A DNA stretch of 56,242 nt, counting the filler, from Squatina squatina (Eukaryota): assembly GCA_031763465.1 (NCBI GenBank). It is 3 parts of 3 records of this genome, joined end to end, with 100 filler letters (N's around TTAATTAATTAA, not from the genome) between each part and the next. Parts side by side here need not be neighbours in the genome. Positions count along the whole stretch, not along the records: positions 42,194 to 56,242 come from JARFOE010000163.1; 2 more parts are not named here. One strand, given 5' to 3'. Both the position numbers and the translations under genes were made by a program. This document shows positions 53,021 to 56,242 of the stretch, in pieces; position 1 is the first letter of the stretch, and every line of letters starts with the position of its first letter. The notes beneath the pieces are model-generated. The model was not told the DNA's origin. It searched no databases and was given only the letters and a program-made list of their open reading frames with translations.

Positions 53021-53158
53021 ACTCCATTCCAGTCTTCTGCGTTGGACACGAGTAGATCAACGAGGCATCATGGCTTGGTCGACCGGGTCTACAGGGACAG
53101 AACCCGGCTGGGCTCACCACACCGCCGTGCCATTCCTGTTGACAAACATGGGCGTCAG
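53021..53158 (+). CDS. CRTC1: CRTC1 exon 3, 138 bp (exon 2 absent, presumably in gap 52901-53000)
   Basis: tgtgttgcag|[46 protein letters not shown]|atatcctt. Confidence 0.93.
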
Positions 53159-54299
53159 ATATCCTTCCTCTGTCAGTGTGGTGTGGATGCTGAAATGTGG
53201 TCCAGAGCATGAAGCATAGAGGAAAAAGACCTGCGGTGAGGATCTTTCACTGAGACTGCCAGGTAAAGCCTCACAAGCAGGGTTAGAAAAGTCACGTTGC
53301 TTCGATGTGTTGGGGTCTACTCCTGAAAACCCCTTTGACAGATGGTGCCCGGCCTCTGAGCTGGTCTGAGACTTTGTCTTCCAGCAGGGAGTGTTTTCAA
53401 GGGAAGGACTCTCTCTGATTCCTGACCAACATTCTGCCCTCAAACAAACGCTAAGTGGTTGTGCACCTCAGTATCAGCATGCACTCATTTCAATGTGTTT
53501 TGCTGTATCAAGCTCTTGATATGTGCTGTATAATTTGAAGGGTTATTGGCAAAGTCTTGTATTATAAATGTACGGTATTGACTTGTGTACACAAAATTGA
53601 TGTCATGAAATCAATCGAATAATTATTGACTTGACAGCAACTTACATTTATATAGCGCCTTTAACATATCGAGCATCAGACTTGCCTTATGTTCCAGATG
53701 AGAAGTAGGGTGGGAGGAGGCACGTGTGAAGCAACACCACCAGCATGGACCAGTTGGGCTGAATGGCCTTTTTCCGTGCTGTCATTTTTATGTAATTCCA
53801 GGAGCTTGGATCTTTCATTTCACCATTGCGTCATAATGTTTTTCAGGGTTTCACGCAAGTGCGACAAAAGTGACCCTCGCACTTTCCCTCTTTTCTTCCC
53901 ATGTATGCATTCGAGTTTCTGCAATTGTACTCTGATCCCAGCCAGCCAAATTTCTGCTCTTGGCATGGCTACAGCTGGTGTCTACATTACAGGAGGCTCA
54001 GGTGTGCTTTGGCATNNNNNNNNNNNNNNNNNNNNNNNNNNNNNNNNNNNNNNNNNNNNNNNNNNNNNNNNNNNNNNNNNNNNNNNNNNNNNNNNNNNNN
54101 NNNNNNNNNNNNNNNNNNNNNNNNNNNNNNNNNNNNNNNNNNNNNNNNNNNNNNNNNNNNNNNNNNNNNNNNNNNNNNNNNNNNNNNNNNNNNNNNNNGG
54201 AGAAGTGGAGGTGGGGGTGCAGTGATGTTGGTGTCCAATGAATTGAATTCATGGTGACACTGAATGCCATGTCTTTCGATCTTCCTTGTGTACAGTTGC

Positions 54300-54460
54300 A
54301 GGGAGTTGTGGGCTATCTGGGACAGAGGGGTCGAGAGAGCTGATGAAGATTTGGATCTGTTTATCATGAGTATACATGTGGAAGCTCAGTCTGTGCCTGT
54401 GGATGATGTACTTTGAGCAGTTGAGGGAACGAGGATAGATCCTTGCTGGGCCCTGGATCC
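54300..54460 (-). mobile_element. Degenerate L2-like reverse transcriptase fragment
   Basis: QGSIL-like segment then RLSFHMYTHDKQIQI (degenerate FHMYADDTQL). Confidence 0.5.
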
Positions 54461-55709
54461 TAGTTTGGCGACATTCCACAACTGGACAAGGCCATGAGTA
54501 GAGGTGCAGCAAGAGGGTGCAGCACATCTGCCAAGTGCTGCACCCCCTCGAGAGATGGTGGAGAGCCTGCAGTTGCCCTGGGATGCACGGTGAACACTGA
54601 TGCTGAGCCTTGCATTGTAAAGCGACGGAACACTTTTTTCCTAAAGTTTGCTTCCTTTTTTTTGCAGAAGACCATTTCCTGTCAACACTGAAGCATAAAG
54701 TAAACATTTACCAACATGACCTGCAGGACAATCCGACAGTGACCACTAAGGTGTGGATGGGGGTGGGGTGTCAGGGCACCTGTCATTACAGTTTGATGCA
54801 ATGGCTGGTGATGCTGAGGGGCAAGCGCAGTGCTCGATGTGGTGTCTGCTGTGTTTAGCCATGGAAGTGGGGTGCGTTAGAGGAGTGATTTTCTAACTGC
54901 CTGTCTAGAGGATCCAGTGATGATACCGTCTTCTCATGGGCACCGATCCTAACTTCTGAAAGATGGTGTCAGCCAAAGGAACAAAGTAGTGATTGCAAAA
55001 ATGTGTGGTGTGTGTGTGTGTATATCTTCATATAATGTATTACAATCTTGGGTTTCGCTCCATCCTGGTTGAACATCTCATGCTGCTCATTTAGTCCTCC
55101 AAGTTGAAGCTCTCAGCTAGGTGGCACTATGGCGCCAGTATTTCCTTATTCCCTCTTGCTGGAGAGGACCATGTCCTCTTCTCGGCTGTGTCAGGCCTGC
55201 CCATTACTTCTGGCTACTATTTGTCCCTCTTCTTCCCATTTCTAGCTTCTGCTTACTTTGCTGCCCACAGATCGTTCCAGGGAAATTTGGAGTCTCGGGC
55301 CACCCACTTCCCATACCCCAGCCAGGCAGCTCCCGCTGTCCCTATCCTCCTCACACACCACAGCTTCCGCTTCCCGCCCCATTGGGATTGAGAGCCTAGG
55401 TCTGCTCACTTGTGTTGATGCTGCCCGCCCCATGCTCCTTTCAGCCGTAGGTTCTCCCCTGCCACAGAATACAGGGCCACGAGCTTCTGTTCTTCCACCC
55501 AGCCCACCATCATCCTTCAGTCATCTTCCTGCTTGTTCTGGCCTCGAGCTGTTCTCCTGAGATCATGTCCTCCTCCTCGCTCTAGAGACATCTCGCTCAA
55601 TCTGTCCTCTTGAATTGGTTTCCCAGCATATAGCTGAAAGACCAGATTGGATATTTTCAAATACTTAAAGTAAATATACAATGAAAATATGTTAATTAAC
55701 TCTTGCATA

Positions 55710-55880
55710 GTTTTGGATGAGCTGTGGAATAGTTGAGACTAGAGGTAACAAAGGGATGGATGAGGGTTTCAGCAGCCGAAGTAGGGGTAGGGACGGAGTT
55801 GGGTGGCGTTACCAAGGTGGAAGTAGACTGTCTTGGTGAGGGGGAGGATATGGGGTCAGAAATTCAGTTCCTGGTCAAAG
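55710..55880 (-). mobile_element. L2 fragment
   Basis: CTAGAGGTAACAAAGGGATGGATGAGGGTTTCAGCAGC shared with 38095 and 39900 copies. Confidence 0.7.
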
Positions 55881-56010
55881 GGTTCTTACTGCAGTACGTA
55901 TTGCTCCACAGGATAGGAGCTCTGTGTAAAAATATTTAATTTTCTGCACAGTTTAACAGTTTGTTGCAGAATCCATTCTGTTCTCTGAAGTTTCCTTGAC
56001 TCCACAGCAC

Positions 56011-56072
56011 GCAGACAGCTGTCCCTATGGTTCGATCTATCTGTCGCCCCCACCTGACACCAGCTGGAGAAG
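56011..56072 (+). CDS. CRTC1: CRTC1 exon 4, 62 bp
   Basis: cagcac|[22 protein letters not shown]|gtgagg; in frame with exon 3 and leads into the conserved WRRTNSDS SIK/AMPK site. Confidence 0.92.
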
Positions 56073-56242
56073 GTGAGGGATACTTTTCCTAAACAAAAGC
56101 TCCAATCTCAGTCAGCCTATCTGTTGATAATCACTCATTGTAACAGCAAAAGGCTGGTGTGCTCTGAGTTAAGAATTCAAGACATCATTATGGTTAGACC
56201 TCGATGGCAGAGCTCTGCTCCTGGTTTGGGAGTGGGGGGGGA

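Larger units (their letters stand above)
53159..56010 (+). other. CRTC1: U12-type (minor spliceosome) AT-AC intron of CRTC1
   Basis: 5' site ATATCCTT at 53159, branch point TTTCCTTGAC at 55991-56000, 3' end CAC at 56008-56010, no polypyrimidine tract. Contains one gap (54016-54198). Confidence 0.9.

Overview
Vertebrate (very probably shark/cartilaginous-fish) genomic DNA from a fragmented draft assembly: short contigs joined mostly by 100-N spacers, plus two artificial N44-TTAATTAATTAA-N44 linkers (24329-24428, 42094-42193), so the window is probably three separately assembled segments. The first ~42 kb has no recognisable protein-coding exon. It holds CR1- and L2-type LINE fragments, SacSINE1/Deu-type SINEs, Harbinger-like MITEs, simple repeats and unique AT-rich blocks. 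The last ~14 kb carries five minus-strand exons of MAST3, the kelch-repeat exon of KLHL26 and exons 1, 3 and 4 of CRTC1; other exons are missing, presumably in gaps. The clearest signal is a minor-spliceosome (U12) AT-AC intron in CRTC1 with donor, branch point and acceptor all visible. Also notable are an orphan 46-nt signal-peptide exon pointing away from MAST3 (IL12RB1-like position, inference only) and a CR1 copy bracketed by a perfect 56-bp inverted copy of its own tail. I found no convincing novel multi-gene system. Gene names come from my recall of human orthologues, not a database search. Repeat boundaries are approximate.
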